Origin: Acidobacteriota bacterium
GTDB lineage: Bacteria > Acidobacteriota > UBA890 > WLXD01
Assembly (NCBI GenBank): GCA_965205505.1
Contig: CBDBHB010000007.1
Location: 653,137 to 717,136, forward strand
Reading direction: 5' to 3'
DNA length: 64,000 bases
Under the pieces are notes generated by a model. It ran no database searches, had not been told where the DNA came from, and was given only the letters and a program-made list of their open reading frames with translations. Both the position numbers and the translations under genes were made by a program. Shown piece by piece: positions 48,518 to 58,647 of the stretch; position 1 is the first letter of the stretch; each line of letters begins with the position of its first letter.

Positions 48518-50382
48518 CTATTCCGCTCGCAGAGACCTGACCGGATCCAAGGCGATGGCGCGCCGGGCCGGCAGCAGGCTCGCGATCAGGGCGACGGTGC
48601 CGAGAACCGCGGCTGCTCCGAAATAGGTCAGCGGATCCATGGCGCCCACACCGAACAGCAGCGACGAAACCAGCCGGCTGAGGCCCATCGCAGCCACCAG
48701 GCCGAGGACGATCCCGACACCAACCCAAGCCATACCCTGTACAATGACCCAGCGCGCCACGTCCATACCGCGAGCACCGAGCGCCATTCGGATGCCGATC
48801 TCGCGAGCCCGTTGCGCCACGGCGTTGGACACCACGCCGTATACGCCAATGGCGGCGAGGAGCAGCGCCAGGCCGACGAGCAACGCCGAGAACCGCGGTT
48901 GCGACACCGACCGCCCCATGAGCCCATCCAGCGTCGTAACACCCTCGATCGTCTGATCCGGGTTGATCTCCCAGATAGCCGCGTGAATATTCGATAGTAG
49001 CGGCACAGGGTCGCTTTCGGTGCGCACGACAAGCGTCATGCCGACTCGTGTGACTTGCCGGAGCGAGGTGTAGACAACGTTGCGGATCTCCTCGTCCAGA
49101 CTGGACTGACGCACGTCGCCGACCACGCCGATGACCTCGAGTTCGATGTAGTCGTTGGCAATCCGCTGCCCGACCGGGTTCTCGTCGGGCCAGAACCGGT
49201 CGGCCATACTCTGGTTGATAACGCCCATCAACCGGTCGAGTGAGCGATCATCGGCCGCGGTGAAGTCACGCCCGGCGATCCACGGTACCCCCATGGCTTC
49301 GAAGACACCCGCGGACGCGAAGCGCAACACCGCGGCCGGCTCCTGCCCCTCGACTGGCAGCGGTTGCCCGACCACGGTGAACCGGAAGTCCTCCCCCTGG
49401 ACTGTGTCTGGTGCCAACGGCATGGGTCGCACGAGACCCGCGGACGCTACGCCGGGAACCTGGCGAACGCTTTCGAGCACCTCGAGGAAGAACTGCTGTA
49501 TCTCCTCGCTGGTGGCGTACTTGTCGCCGGGCACGGTTACCTGCATCGATACGGCACGCTCGGCGTCGAAGCCCGGGTCGACGCTGATCAGGTTGTCCAG
49601 GCTACGGAGCAGCAAGCCGGCTCCAATCCCACCAGCGCAGCTTCGGCGGCGATGAGCGCGCCGCGCATGCGGCTGTGGCCGCGGGTCTCCGCACCGCTGC
49701 CGCCCGCCATGCGGATCTCGGCCTGAAGATCGCCACGCCAGGCGCGCCAGGCGAGGGCGAGCCCGAACAGCACACCCGTAGCCAACGCCGCCACCGAGGT
49801 AAAGAGCAGCGTAGCCGGGTCGAGTCCCACCTCGCCGAGTCGCGGAACCGCAACCGGAGCCACTGCTATCAGCCCACGCAACACCAGTGCGCCCAGCGCC
49901 GTGCCGGCGGCACCCCCGACCGCCGCGAGCAGCACCGCCTCGGTCATCAGCTGTCGGGCCAGGCGAGATCGGCTGGCGCCGAGGGCCGCTCGCACGGCGA
50001 ACTCGCGCGTGCGCGCCTGCGCCCGCACCAACATCAGGTTGGCAACATTGGCACAGCAGATCAGCAGCACCGTGCCCACCGCGGCCAACAGGACCAGCAA
50101 GCCAGCTCGAGCGCCCCCCGTCAGTTGATCATGCAGCGGCACGAGCCGCACCTCGGTGAGCTGATCGTTGGATTCCGGGTACTCGGCCGCCAGGCGGCGC
50201 GCCACCGTCGTGAGCTCGGCCTGCGCCGCCGCGAGGCTCACTCCAGGACTCATACGGCCGACCGCGGCGAGGAAGCGAACGCCGCGCTGACGGGGAATGC
50301 CGCTTTCCGGAATGAGCGACAAAGGCACCCAGATCTCCGCGTCTGCCGACGGGTAATCGAAGCCCGGCGGCCACTCTTCCAC
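48518..50382 (-). pseudogene. ADOP permease, 5'-truncated and frameshifted near 49630
   Basis: ORFs 49588-50382 and 48518-49615 are consecutive permease parts; first TM and most of the first periplasmic domain are replaced by unrelated DNA. Confidence 0.85.
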
Positions 50383-50724
50383 AAAGGCGGAGCGCCTCAG
50401 TGGATCGTTGAGCCGCGTCCCGACGGAACACTGGAGCGCCGCTTCGCGGGCGATCTTCCAGAGGTCTTCCTGGCTTTCGCGGCCGCGATCCTCGTTCGCT
50501 GGTGGCCTCAGCTACAGAAATGTGCCCATGACCCCTGCGGCACACGGTTCTTGCCGCATCACGGGCGCCAGCGTTACCACGAGCCTGCCTGTCGGCAGGC
50601 CGCGTACAGGGCCCGCAACCAGCGCGACTACGCCGCAGAGCACGAGCAGCGAGTGAGGCGAGAGAGCGGAAACCCGAATCTACAGACCCAAAAGCGCGAC
50701 AAGACGCAGGCAACCGAGAGGTAG
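50380..50724 (+). pseudogene. 5'-truncated protein with CGNR-like zinc-ribbon C-terminus
   Basis: LQKCAHDPCGTRFLPHHGRQRYHEPACRQAAYRAR; stop 5 nt before integrase ATG. Confidence 0.5.
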
Positions 50725-50729
50725 GGAAA

Positions 50730-51887
50730 ATGGGCTTCATCCTCAGGCGGGAGCTCCGTGATGGAGCCCCCCGCTACGATGCACGCTGGCGAGACGGCAC
50801 GGGCAAACAGCATGTCAAGACGTTCAACCGCAAGCGCGACGCCCAGCGTTTCCTGAGCGAGACAGAAGTCGCCGTCCATAGCGGAGCATTCGTCAAGACA
50901 CAACCCAAGCGGATGGGCGCCATCTTCGACGAATGGCGCGACGACCTGGACACTCGTGTCAAGCTCGGCGAGGTCCGCGCCTCAACCGCGGCAACGTATT
51001 GCTGCAATCTGCGGGTGCACATCCAACCACCCATCGCGGCTTATAGATCCGACCGGCTTAGCGCCCGAGTAATGGCCCGCTGGCGTTCTGGCCTGGCCAA
51101 CAAAGTCGCGTCAGGCCGCATGTCACCCAAGTCATTCAACAACGTACTGACGCTCGCTCGTCAGATCTGCAAGTGGGCTCAGCATCCGGCGCGTGCCTAT
51201 CTCACCCATGATCCTCTCGCTGGCCAGAAGCAACTCAACCTCCGTCATCGCGAGGCCAGGTATCTGGAGGACGACGAGATCGCCGCACTGCTTGCCGTGG
51301 TGGCTGACGATCCTGAGGCCAACGCGCTGGTGCACGTACTGCTGTTCGGCGGCCTCCGCCGCGGTGAAGCCTTCGCGCTTGGGTGGGAAGATGTTGAATC
51401 GGACAACGGTCAACTCCGTGTGCGACGCTCGCTCTGCAACGGCAACCTCACCGATACGAAGAGTGTGAAGTCCGAACGGACCGTGGACGTGCCGAGGGCT
51501 GTGATCAACGCCTTGTCACGCCACGGGGAAGCTAACCCTGTAATGGAAGGAGGATTCGTATTTCGTACTTGGACGGGTACGCCGCTGGATCCCTCGAGTT
51601 GGTATCGACGCCGGTGGAGCGACATCCGCAGGCGCTGCAATCTTCCCGACGACGTTGGTTTCCACACCTTGCGACACACCTTTGCGGCACTGCTCCTGCG
51701 GCAAGGCGAGGGGCTGAAGTACACCAGCGAGCAGTTAGGCCACGCCAGCGTTCAGATCACGGGTGACCGCTACGGTCATGTCCTGAACGCCCAGCGCGAG
51801 CAGGCGATGCGCTGTCTCGACGACACAATCCGGGCCGCCAAGGTTCGGAAGCTGCGTGTCGTCGGCGGCACGAATGCGCACGTGTGA
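50730..51887 (+). CDS. Tyrosine recombinase / phage-type integrase
   Basis: Arm-binding-like N-terminus; GLRRGE, TKS, HTLRH, LGH, RYGH catalytic motifs all intact. Confidence 0.93.
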   Translation: MGFILRRELRDGAPRYDARWRDGTGKQHVKTFNRKRDAQRFLSETEVAVHSGAFVKTQPKRMGAIFDEWRDDLDTRVKLGEVRASTAATYCCNLRVHIQPPIAAYRSDRLSARVMARWRSGLANKVASGRMSPKSFNNVLTLARQICKWAQHPARAYLTHDPLAGQKQLNLRHREARYLEDDEIAALLAVVADDPEANALVHVLLFGGLRRGEAFALGWEDVESDNGQLRVRRSLCNGNLTDTKSVKSERTVDVPRAVINALSRHGEANPVMEGGFVFRTWTGTPLDPSSWYRRRWSDIRRRCNLPDDVGFHTLRHTFAALLLRQGEGLKYTSEQLGHASVQITGDRYGHVLNAQREQAMRCLDDTIRAAKVRKLRVVGGTNAHV

Positions 51888-51922
51888 ACAACTGGACCAG
51901 CGACCTACGCCTCTTTGTGGCG

Positions 51923-52190
51923 TCAGGCACTGTCCTGGGGGCGGGCCCGCCCCGCATCAGCTGAGTTCTCTAGAGTCTCGACCGCCTCCCGGAACTTCCG
52001 ACGATCGTTCTCGTCAGTGAGGGCGTCCGCGATCAGCGCGGTCGGGTGCTTTTCCGCCTGCATGTCGGCAAGCCCCTTTATGGCCTTCAGGTCGCCGTGG
52101 AAGCGAGTGAGGGTCTTGGAAGAGACACGCTTCACGATGTGGCCGAAGTTGATCTGCATCGTGCCATCCGTCCATAGCGTAAACTGATCA
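51923..52190 (-). pseudogene. C-terminal fragment of a hypothetical protein, cut by the IS3 remnant
   Basis: FTLWTDGTMQINFG...KFREAVETLE reads as coding; upstream sequence is IS3-derived. Confidence 0.4.
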
Positions 52191-52199
52191 TCGGCTGGG

Positions 52200-52609
52200 C
52201 GGTGAGCGAGAGACCGTGGCTTCACCATCAGCATGAGCAGGAAAGGAGACTGCTGGGATAACGCGCCGATGGAGAGTTTCTTCTCTACCCTGAAGTTCCA
52301 ACTCGGTGGCTGCTTCAGTTCCCGGGCGGCGGCCCGAGCCGAGTTGTTCCACTACATCGAAGTGTTCTACAACCGGGCTCGCATGCACACCTCGATCGGA
52401 GACCAGAGTCCGGCTCAGTTCGAGGCGGCAATGCGGCGGCCAGGCCAGAGCGGCCAATCAGCTGTGGAAGCTGACGCGCCCGTGGAAATCGACTCCCGAT
52501 TTCCACCGTCGCTTGGACAACGCTCCGCGTTGCCAACAGCTCCCACAGCCGCTAATACGACTACGACAATGGATCTTAACTAAGTGTCCGGGAAAGCGGG
52601 GCAAGGTCA
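52200..52609 (+). mobile_element. IS3-family 3' remnant with right inverted repeat
   Basis: SMSRKGDCWDNAPMESFFSTLK...YIEVFYNRARMHTSIG; ends gtgtccgggaaagcggggcaaggtCA at 52609. Confidence 0.85.
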
Positions 52610-52964
52610 CAATGAGGGCCACTCAACAGCAAGCGGACCAGACGATGGAGGGCGCGATGGTTCTGTTCGCCTACTACGATGTCATTGTGGAACTGTTCGC
52701 CCTGCAGGCAACGGAAGCTCCGCGCTACTGGTTTCTTCGAAGAGACGCTGATGGCAACCTCCAGCCGGTCGCGAGACAGCACGATCTCTTGGAGCGATTG
52801 GCGGAATTCCGTGCCCGTTGGGCGGGTGATGAAATGTTGTGACCTGCAATACGGACAGCTTCCTATCGATTCGATTCGAGCATGAGCGCGGTATTCAACT
52901 TCCCGTCGAGGTCGTTCTCGACATTCTTGTACGTGTAGGGGGTCAGCAGGCCGGGAACAGCGAG

Positions 52965-53550
52965 CTACTCCGCGCGCTTCCCGCCGAAGGGGATGCTCTC
53001 ATCTGACCCTGTGAAGTAACGCTTCGGGTCAATCGGCCTGCCGCGCTCCGTGCGCACATCGCTCAGCTTTCGCAGGAATTCCTCCTCGGAGCACTCGCCC
53101 TCCACCGAAACCAAGCTCCCGTCCCCATTGGGGAACAACGCCGCGAGTTCGTCGGGCCGGACGCCAGATTCCACCACGGCTCGCGCGATGTGGAGCATGA
53201 GCCTGTTCTTGGGCAACGCTGAGGACGTGCGGCCCGCCAGCGTGAGGTCGTAGCGCGTGTAGTCCCGGCTCCCTTGCCATGCGGTTCGCTGCTCGACAGC
53301 CTTCTCACGCAGCTCCACCTGATACTCGGCCGCCTCTCTGAGCGGGACGATCTGCTGAATGTCCAGCACGAGGGGGCCCATCGAGCTTGTATGGCTTCAG
53401 TCGGACACAGCGGATGTCGATTGCGTACTTGCTGTTCAGCCATAGGACCGCCGTTGTGATCTCCCGCGAAAAGTCTGCGGACGCCAGGATGATGGACACA
53501 TCGTTGGCAAACTCTTCTTCGACTGGCTGTTCCCCCCACGTTGGCGGCGA
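52965..53550 (-). pseudogene. Internal/C-terminal fragment of a PD-(D/E)xK (NucS-like) nuclease family protein, frameshifted
   Basis: IILASADFSREITTAVLWLN..IDIRCVRLKPY, then in another frame LDIQQIVPLREAAEYQV. Confidence 0.55.
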
Positions 53551-53689
53551 ACCTCTCCCATTCGCCGGTCTCGGGATCATCGGCGGCTTGAGTCAGCACG
53601 TAAAGTCGCACGTCGACGTCGAGCTGTCGGGCATCGAGCCACAAGAGCGGCCGCGGTTGGGAAAGCCGCCGCCCCTAGTCGAACATTGG

Positions 53690-54784
53690 CGAACGCTCGG
53701 TCACGTCCCAGTCGATGCCCGCATCGATCACGTCGCGCGACAGGTAGCCTCCGGCATCGTCGCGAAACTCGGCGCCATACTCGGTGGCCGCGGACACCGG
53801 GTCGAGGCGCTCGGCACGTTCGATGTGGAGCGCCAGCGACGGGCTCGGGTTAATCGTCCGGCTCGCCGCATGCCCACACCATCACGTCGTCAGCCGGTGC
53901 GCCGTGGTAATGGTTGTACGCTTCCCAGAGCACACCCTCGCGCCGCCACGGCGAGGACAGGCAGATCAGCGAGCGCCGGGCGCAGCGCTTCGAGCACGTC
54001 TGTGTCGCGGTACGCGCTCGCCTCGTCGGTGGCCCAGAACGCGATCTCGTCGCACACCGCCGCGGCCAGTGTCAGGCCGCGCACCGTGGCCCCGATTGTC
54101 GGCAAAATCAGGATGCGAGCCCCCGTTGCCAGCTGTACCGTCGTCGCGTTGATCGACACCACCAGAGGCGACAGCGACGGTCCGTGGCACAGGGCCTCTA
54201 CGTAGCTCTTCAGTACCTTCGCCTGGGCCCTGGGCCACGTTGCGCGCCAGCAGCGCCACCGTCGGTGGCTGACCGGCTGCCAGTTGCGGATAGGGCCGTG
54301 TCGCGTTTGCCACCGCAACCATCGCCGCAATGTGGCTCTTGCCCGCACGCCGCCCGCACACCAGCCACGCCTCCAGCGCCGGCTCCGTCGGCAACGGTGC
54401 ACCAGCTGCCAGGCCGAGCCGTTCACGGGCGAACGCTGCATCATCGGCGCTCAGCAGATCGGGCCGCCCATCGAGCACGGCGAGCGCCGCGTCACGCGGC
54501 GCCTCCGTTGCCGAGGATGCTTCCAGCGCCTGCCGGAACCGTGCGTATGCCTGCATGTAGCGAGGCAGGAGCGCCGGCGTCAGGTCCTCGGGGCGAATCG
54601 TCCGCACCCGTGCGGTCAACAGATCCAGCACCATGCGGTCGAGCTCGCGCGCCGCCTCGAGGCTTTCCGCCCGCGTATCCACCGTGCGATCCAACACGCT
54701 CCGATCAACCGCCGCATCCCATTCGGCCGCTCGCTGTTGCCACGCGAACCGCCTCGCCCGCTCAGCCCACGTCGCGCGCCTCAC
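53690..54784 (-). pseudogene. Phage terminase large subunit (with TerS-like upstream segment), frameshifted
   Basis: Walker A VCGRRAGKS (~54335-54360), VRG and Walker B AAVCDEIAFW (~54035-54065), later EYGAEFRDD; frames break at a 7-nt duplication (54222-54235) and near 53900. Confidence 0.75.
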
Positions 54785-55221
54785 CGAGATCGCCGCGCCC
54801 CCCTCCGTAATGCAGAGGGAGGAGGAATCTCGTGTAGCGATCGAAGTTTTCGGAAGAGCAGCTCGTCCGCCGTCCAGGTTTCGGCAGCGTGCGCCGCATA
54901 TTCCAACATTTGCCCAACAATGGTGCGCCGGATCTCGGGGTTCGACCCGCGCTTCACTTCAACCAGTGTAGGCACCGCATCCTGGTCAATGATCAGATGG
55001 TCAATCGCCCAACGAGGGGCAGCGGCAGAGGTTTCGGCGATTGCCTTCTCGCAGCTGATGAGAATCCAGCGCCGCGGTGCACTCGGCCGGATCTGCTCTC
55101 CGTCCAGCAACTCCGGGTACTCGCCAATCAGTGCTTGGAGTTCCTCTTCGGTCGAGAATGACTCTTCCTCCAGCGGCTCAAGTCGTCCCCGTTCCGCTCT
55201 GGTGTATATGTGCACATCCAT
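54781..55221 (-). pseudogene. N-terminal PD-(D/E)xK nuclease domain (NucS-like), truncated
   Basis: AAGGAG RBS; EEELQ..I..YPELL, IDHLIID, LVEVKR, VGQMLEYA; family-like sequence stops at WTADEL (~54860). Confidence 0.65.
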
Positions 55222-55275
55222 ACTCTCCTTCTCACTTAGGCCCCGATGCACTGGATTGTCGCGGATTGTAGCCCC

Positions 55276-55674
55276 TCATAACAGACCGCCGTTGGGCAGC
55301 CAGAGTAGCCACGCGACCCGGCGCCAGTGCTGCAGATATTGGGAGTCATTTGCCCGCCAGCTCGACCAGACGCGCTTCCACGCTTCACGCTCGCACACCG
55401 CTTCGAAGCTCATGCCTTGCTCGCCGGCCGTCTTCCGATCGTGGCACTCACGGTAGATCGGCTGGATGTTGTCGCGGTCTCAGAAGCGTTCGGGCGCCAG
55501 GTGTGCCGGCTCGATGTGGTCGATGTGCTCGGCGGCAACCGTGAAGCCGGTGTCGGCGCAGGGACGGCACAACGGTTCATCGCGGAGGATGCCAGCGCAC
55601 CACCGCTGTTACCGGTTGCTCGAGGGCATCCGGCGGATCGCTTCGGGGTCGATCGGCGTTTCGCGGGTGCTCAT
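55276..55674 (-). pseudogene. Phage packaging-type HNH endonuclease with two in-frame stops
   Basis: Not in ORF track: NR*QRW..ILRDEPLCRPC...DHIEP...RF*DRDNIQPIYRECHDRKTA; stops at 55609-55611 and 55480-55482. Confidence 0.8.
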
Positions 55675-55716
55675 TCTCTGCGCTGGGATCATGCGCAGGG
55701 GAATTTTGCCTACATG

Positions 55717-55767
55717 TCGAAAAGTCAGAGACGCGGTATCCGGGGATAGCGCGTCTCTGACTTTCGA
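55717..55767. repeat. Long inverted repeat / hairpin upstream of HNH
   Basis: tcgaaaagtcagagacgcg ... cgcgtctctgactttcga. Confidence 0.85.
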
Positions 55768-55980
55768 TGCCCCCGTTAAACAGGCATGCACAGGAGTGCT
55801 CAGACGCCGGCCGGCCGCTAATCGGCGCGTCAGTTGCTCGGACAGCGCGAGCGGCGGCGATCGAGGTTGAACGGATGAGCTACCACTTGGCGCAGCTTGT
55901 GGCCAATGGCGTACTAGGTTCGCTGTGCAAACCATCCGCATCGCCGAGCCGATCGCGACCCGATACCGATCGGTCCGGTG

Positions 55981-56223
55981 ATGCGTCATGACGACGAGGA
56001 GCAAGCCCGCTATGTCTGGAAACCCTCGCCGGACTCGGAGGAAATCCGCCAGCACCTGCTCACGTTGCTCGAGTCCATTCTTGAGTACGTGGGTCGCGAC
56101 TGGTATCCGTTAGGGATCGGCTTGGGAGAGACGATCGTACGGCAGCTCGGCGAATTCAGGGAGCAGCGGGCAGTGAAGAGGCTCGAAGGGATCTCGGCGA
56201 ACATACTCTGGCCGGTCGTGTAG
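55981..56223 (+). CDS. Small hypothetical protein
   Basis: Plausible composition, directly upstream of and co-oriented with the 56242 gene. Confidence 0.4.
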   Translation: MRHDDEEQARYVWKPSPDSEEIRQHLLTLLESILEYVGRDWYPLGIGLGETIVRQLGEFREQRAVKRLEGISANILWPVV

Positions 56224-56241
56224 TAGGGAGATATAAAGCCT

Positions 56242-56976
56242 ATGTCAGAGGGGGATCAGTTGAACCTCGATAACCTGTGCAGCCTCTACGAGCAAGAAGA
56301 GGACCTGCGCAACAGGGCACTTGACCTCGTTGCTGCTGATAATCGTCTCCAGCTGCACATGTCTGTAATCGGCGGCGCGATGAATCTCGCGGATGTTTTT
56401 CGCCAGTTCCCTTTCGCCGAGGACGATGTGAAGGCAATCCAGATTCTCGCCATGCGGACATTCAACGCCCTCGGTGCGAGCCTTAAGCTCGCCCTTTCCG
56501 GCTATGGGCAGAATAGCTATGTGATTATGCGTGGGATCCTGGAGACCATATTCCTGCTGGACCTATTCGATGAAGACAGAACACGCATCGAGCGGTGGCG
56601 GTGTGCCAATGAACGGGAGCAAAGAGAAAAATTCTATCCTGCGGCCGTGCGCAGAGCTTTGGACAATCGAGATGGATTCCAAGAAAGAAAGCGGCAGGAG
56701 CACTACGATCTATTCTCTAAACTGGCGGTGCATCCTACGATGGAGTCCGTTGTCATGATGCGTCCTCAACAAGGCGGCGACGCTCAGAGCATGCCGTTCA
56801 TTGAGCCAGAATATCTTGCGAGAGTGCTAGGGGAAATGGGCCGCCTTGCCATGATGTTTGGAGACATTCTGGATCGCTTTTTCCCTGCGACGTATGTGGA
56901 TGTAGATCAGGTACGGGCTGGCTATAAGAATACTCTAGAGCGCTGGTTGGAAGCGTGGAGTGGCCACTTTCAATAG
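56242..56976 (+). CDS. Hypothetical helical protein, DUF5677-like; lower GC
   Basis: GGGAG RBS; R.ILE..FLL and Y.LFSK.AVHPT motifs. Confidence 0.65.
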   Translation: MSEGDQLNLDNLCSLYEQEEDLRNRALDLVAADNRLQLHMSVIGGAMNLADVFRQFPFAEDDVKAIQILAMRTFNALGASLKLALSGYGQNSYVIMRGILETIFLLDLFDEDRTRIERWRCANEREQREKFYPAAVRRALDNRDGFQERKRQEHYDLFSKLAVHPTMESVVMMRPQQGGDAQSMPFIEPEYLARVLGEMGRLAMMFGDILDRFFPATYVDVDQVRAGYKNTLERWLEAWSGHFQ

Positions 56977-57171
56977 GCAAGTCTCCCCACACACGAAGCT
57001 AAATTGATTTGTTGTCACGGGGTGTAGGAGCTTTCAGGACTTTGCAGATTCCTCTGCCGCCGGCTCCTCAGGGATCGCCCGGTACCTCACGCGAAGCAGG
57101 TATCGTGAGGACCGCATACAACGCTCAACGAAGACCGGAGAGCCGCTCCCTCGAACCAGGCGAACCGGGAT

Positions 57172-58647
57172 CTAGTCCCTGACGCGATCCAGGAAAGAAT
57201 CCCCGACGTACATCCGCACGACCTCGCCGTCTTCCTCCACGAAGCGGACCTCCTCGCCCACCACGCTGCCGCCGGTCGGAGCCGTGTAGCGGAAGACGCC
57301 GTTGCCGAGCGGTTCGAGCCGGATGGGTTCGTCGATGCTCCGGGCGCTCGGGCTCATGAGCACGAGCCGCTCGTTCAGCAGCACGACCTGCGTCTCGCCG
57401 CCCCTGCCCGGCCTCCGGTAGAGACCGACGAACCGCGCCCACGATGGATCCCATGCGATGGCCGTCGGTTCGACCTGGGTCACCTCGGCGACCGCCGCAC
57501 CCACGGTGTTCATGAGCTGCTCGGCGATCTCGCTTGGGTTCGAGTCGTTGGTATTGGTGAGCACGATCACGCCGACCTTCGAGTCCAGCTGGATGGTCGT
57601 GTTGGTCGTGTACCCGGGATAGCCACCCCCGTGTCCGACGTACAGCTTGCCGTCGACGCGGCGAACCGAAAAGCCGATCCCCTGCCCGCGTGTCCAGGTG
57701 TTCTCCAGCATGCGGACGCGGTGCATCTCGCGCAGCGACGAGGTATTGAGGATCCGGTTGCCGCCCCGCCGACCCTTGCGGACCTGCGCCGAGACGAACT
57801 TCGCCATGTCCTCGACCGTCGACGTAAGCCCGGTCGCCGCCGCCATACCGCGGGCGTCCACGAATCCGATCGTTTCCCGGGCGCCGTCCGGCATCCGGAT
57901 CGTGTATCCGGTCGCCATCCCGTCCACCTCCCGGTCGACGCTCGATGAGCTCATTCCCAGCGGATCGAAGATGTTGGCCTGCAAGTACTCCGCCCAGCTA
58001 TGACCGCTTACGGCCTCGATCACCATCCCGGCGATTGTGTAAGCGAGGTTGGAGTACTTCCACCGGACCTCGGGGGAATACGCGGCCTGCCGCTCGGGGA
58101 TCAGCTCCAGGAGCTCTTCCGGGGTGGGGAACTCGCGCGTCGTCCAGTGGTCCCCGGCCTCTCTCGGGAGGCCCGAGCTGTGCGTCAGCAGCTGCTCGAT
58201 GGTGATCGGTGGATCGTCCGGGTCTGCCGACTTGACGAGGAACCACGGGAGGTACTCTGACACCGGATCATCGAGCTGGATCTTGCCCTCCTCACGCAGC
58301 TGCATGATCGCGGTGGCGGTGAACAGCTTGCTGTGGGAGGCCATGCGGAACTTCGTCGCCGGCGTCATGGGCTCCTCGGATCCGACGTCGGCAAACCCGA
58401 ACCCCTTGGCCCACACTAGGTCCTGGTCGGAGACCACGCCCACGGCCACTCCCGGATGCCCCCGCCACCGGATCTGGCCCTCCATCCAGGCTGAGAACAG
58501 CCGGATCGCGCCCTGGACTTCGGGGTGATCGCCGGGGCTCGGACTCTGGGCGCTCAGCGCCGCCGGGACCGCCAGAAGAACCGCAAGCAGAATCGTCGAG
58601 GCCCGATACGGGCTTGATGTACTCCTCCCGGATGACTCGACGTACAT
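57172..58647 (-). CDS. Beta-lactamase-fold serine hydrolase, secreted (native start possibly lost)
   Basis: MASHSK, LLTHSSG, YSN, HGGG; hydrophobic signal ILLAVLLAVPAALSA. Confidence 0.88.
   Translation of the reverse strand: MYVESSGRSTSSPYRASTILLAVLLAVPAALSAQSPSPGDHPEVQGAIRLFSAWMEGQIRWRGHPGVAVGVVSDQDLVWAKGFGFADVGSEEPMTPATKFRMASHSKLFTATAIMQLREEGKIQLDDPVSEYLPWFLVKSADPDDPPITIEQLLTHSSGLPREAGDHWTTREFPTPEELLELIPERQAAYSPEVRWKYSNLAYTIAGMVIEAVSGHSWAEYLQANIFDPLGMSSSSVDREVDGMATGYTIRMPDGARETIGFVDARGMAAATGLTSTVEDMAKFVSAQVRKGRRGGNRILNTSSLREMHRVRMLENTWTRGQGIGFSVRRVDGKLYVGHGGGYPGYTTNTTIQLDSKVGVIVLTNTNDSNPSEIAEQLMNTVGAAVAEVTQVEPTAIAWDPSWARFVGLYRRPGRGGETQVVLLNERLVLMSPSARSIDEPIRLEPLGNGVFRYTAPTGGSVVGEEVRFVEEDGEVVRMYVGDSFLDRVRD

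Larger units (their letters stand above)
50380..57000. mobile_element. Decayed integrative element / prophage or satellite remnant (boundaries approximate)
   Basis: Integrase, HNH and terminase pseudogenes, lower-GC cargo, truncation of the flanking permease. Confidence 0.6.

Noticed and set aside
57040-57120. tRNA/tmRNA 3' fragment as attachment site
   Set aside because: No T-arm consensus or CCA end and no matching repeat near the integrase
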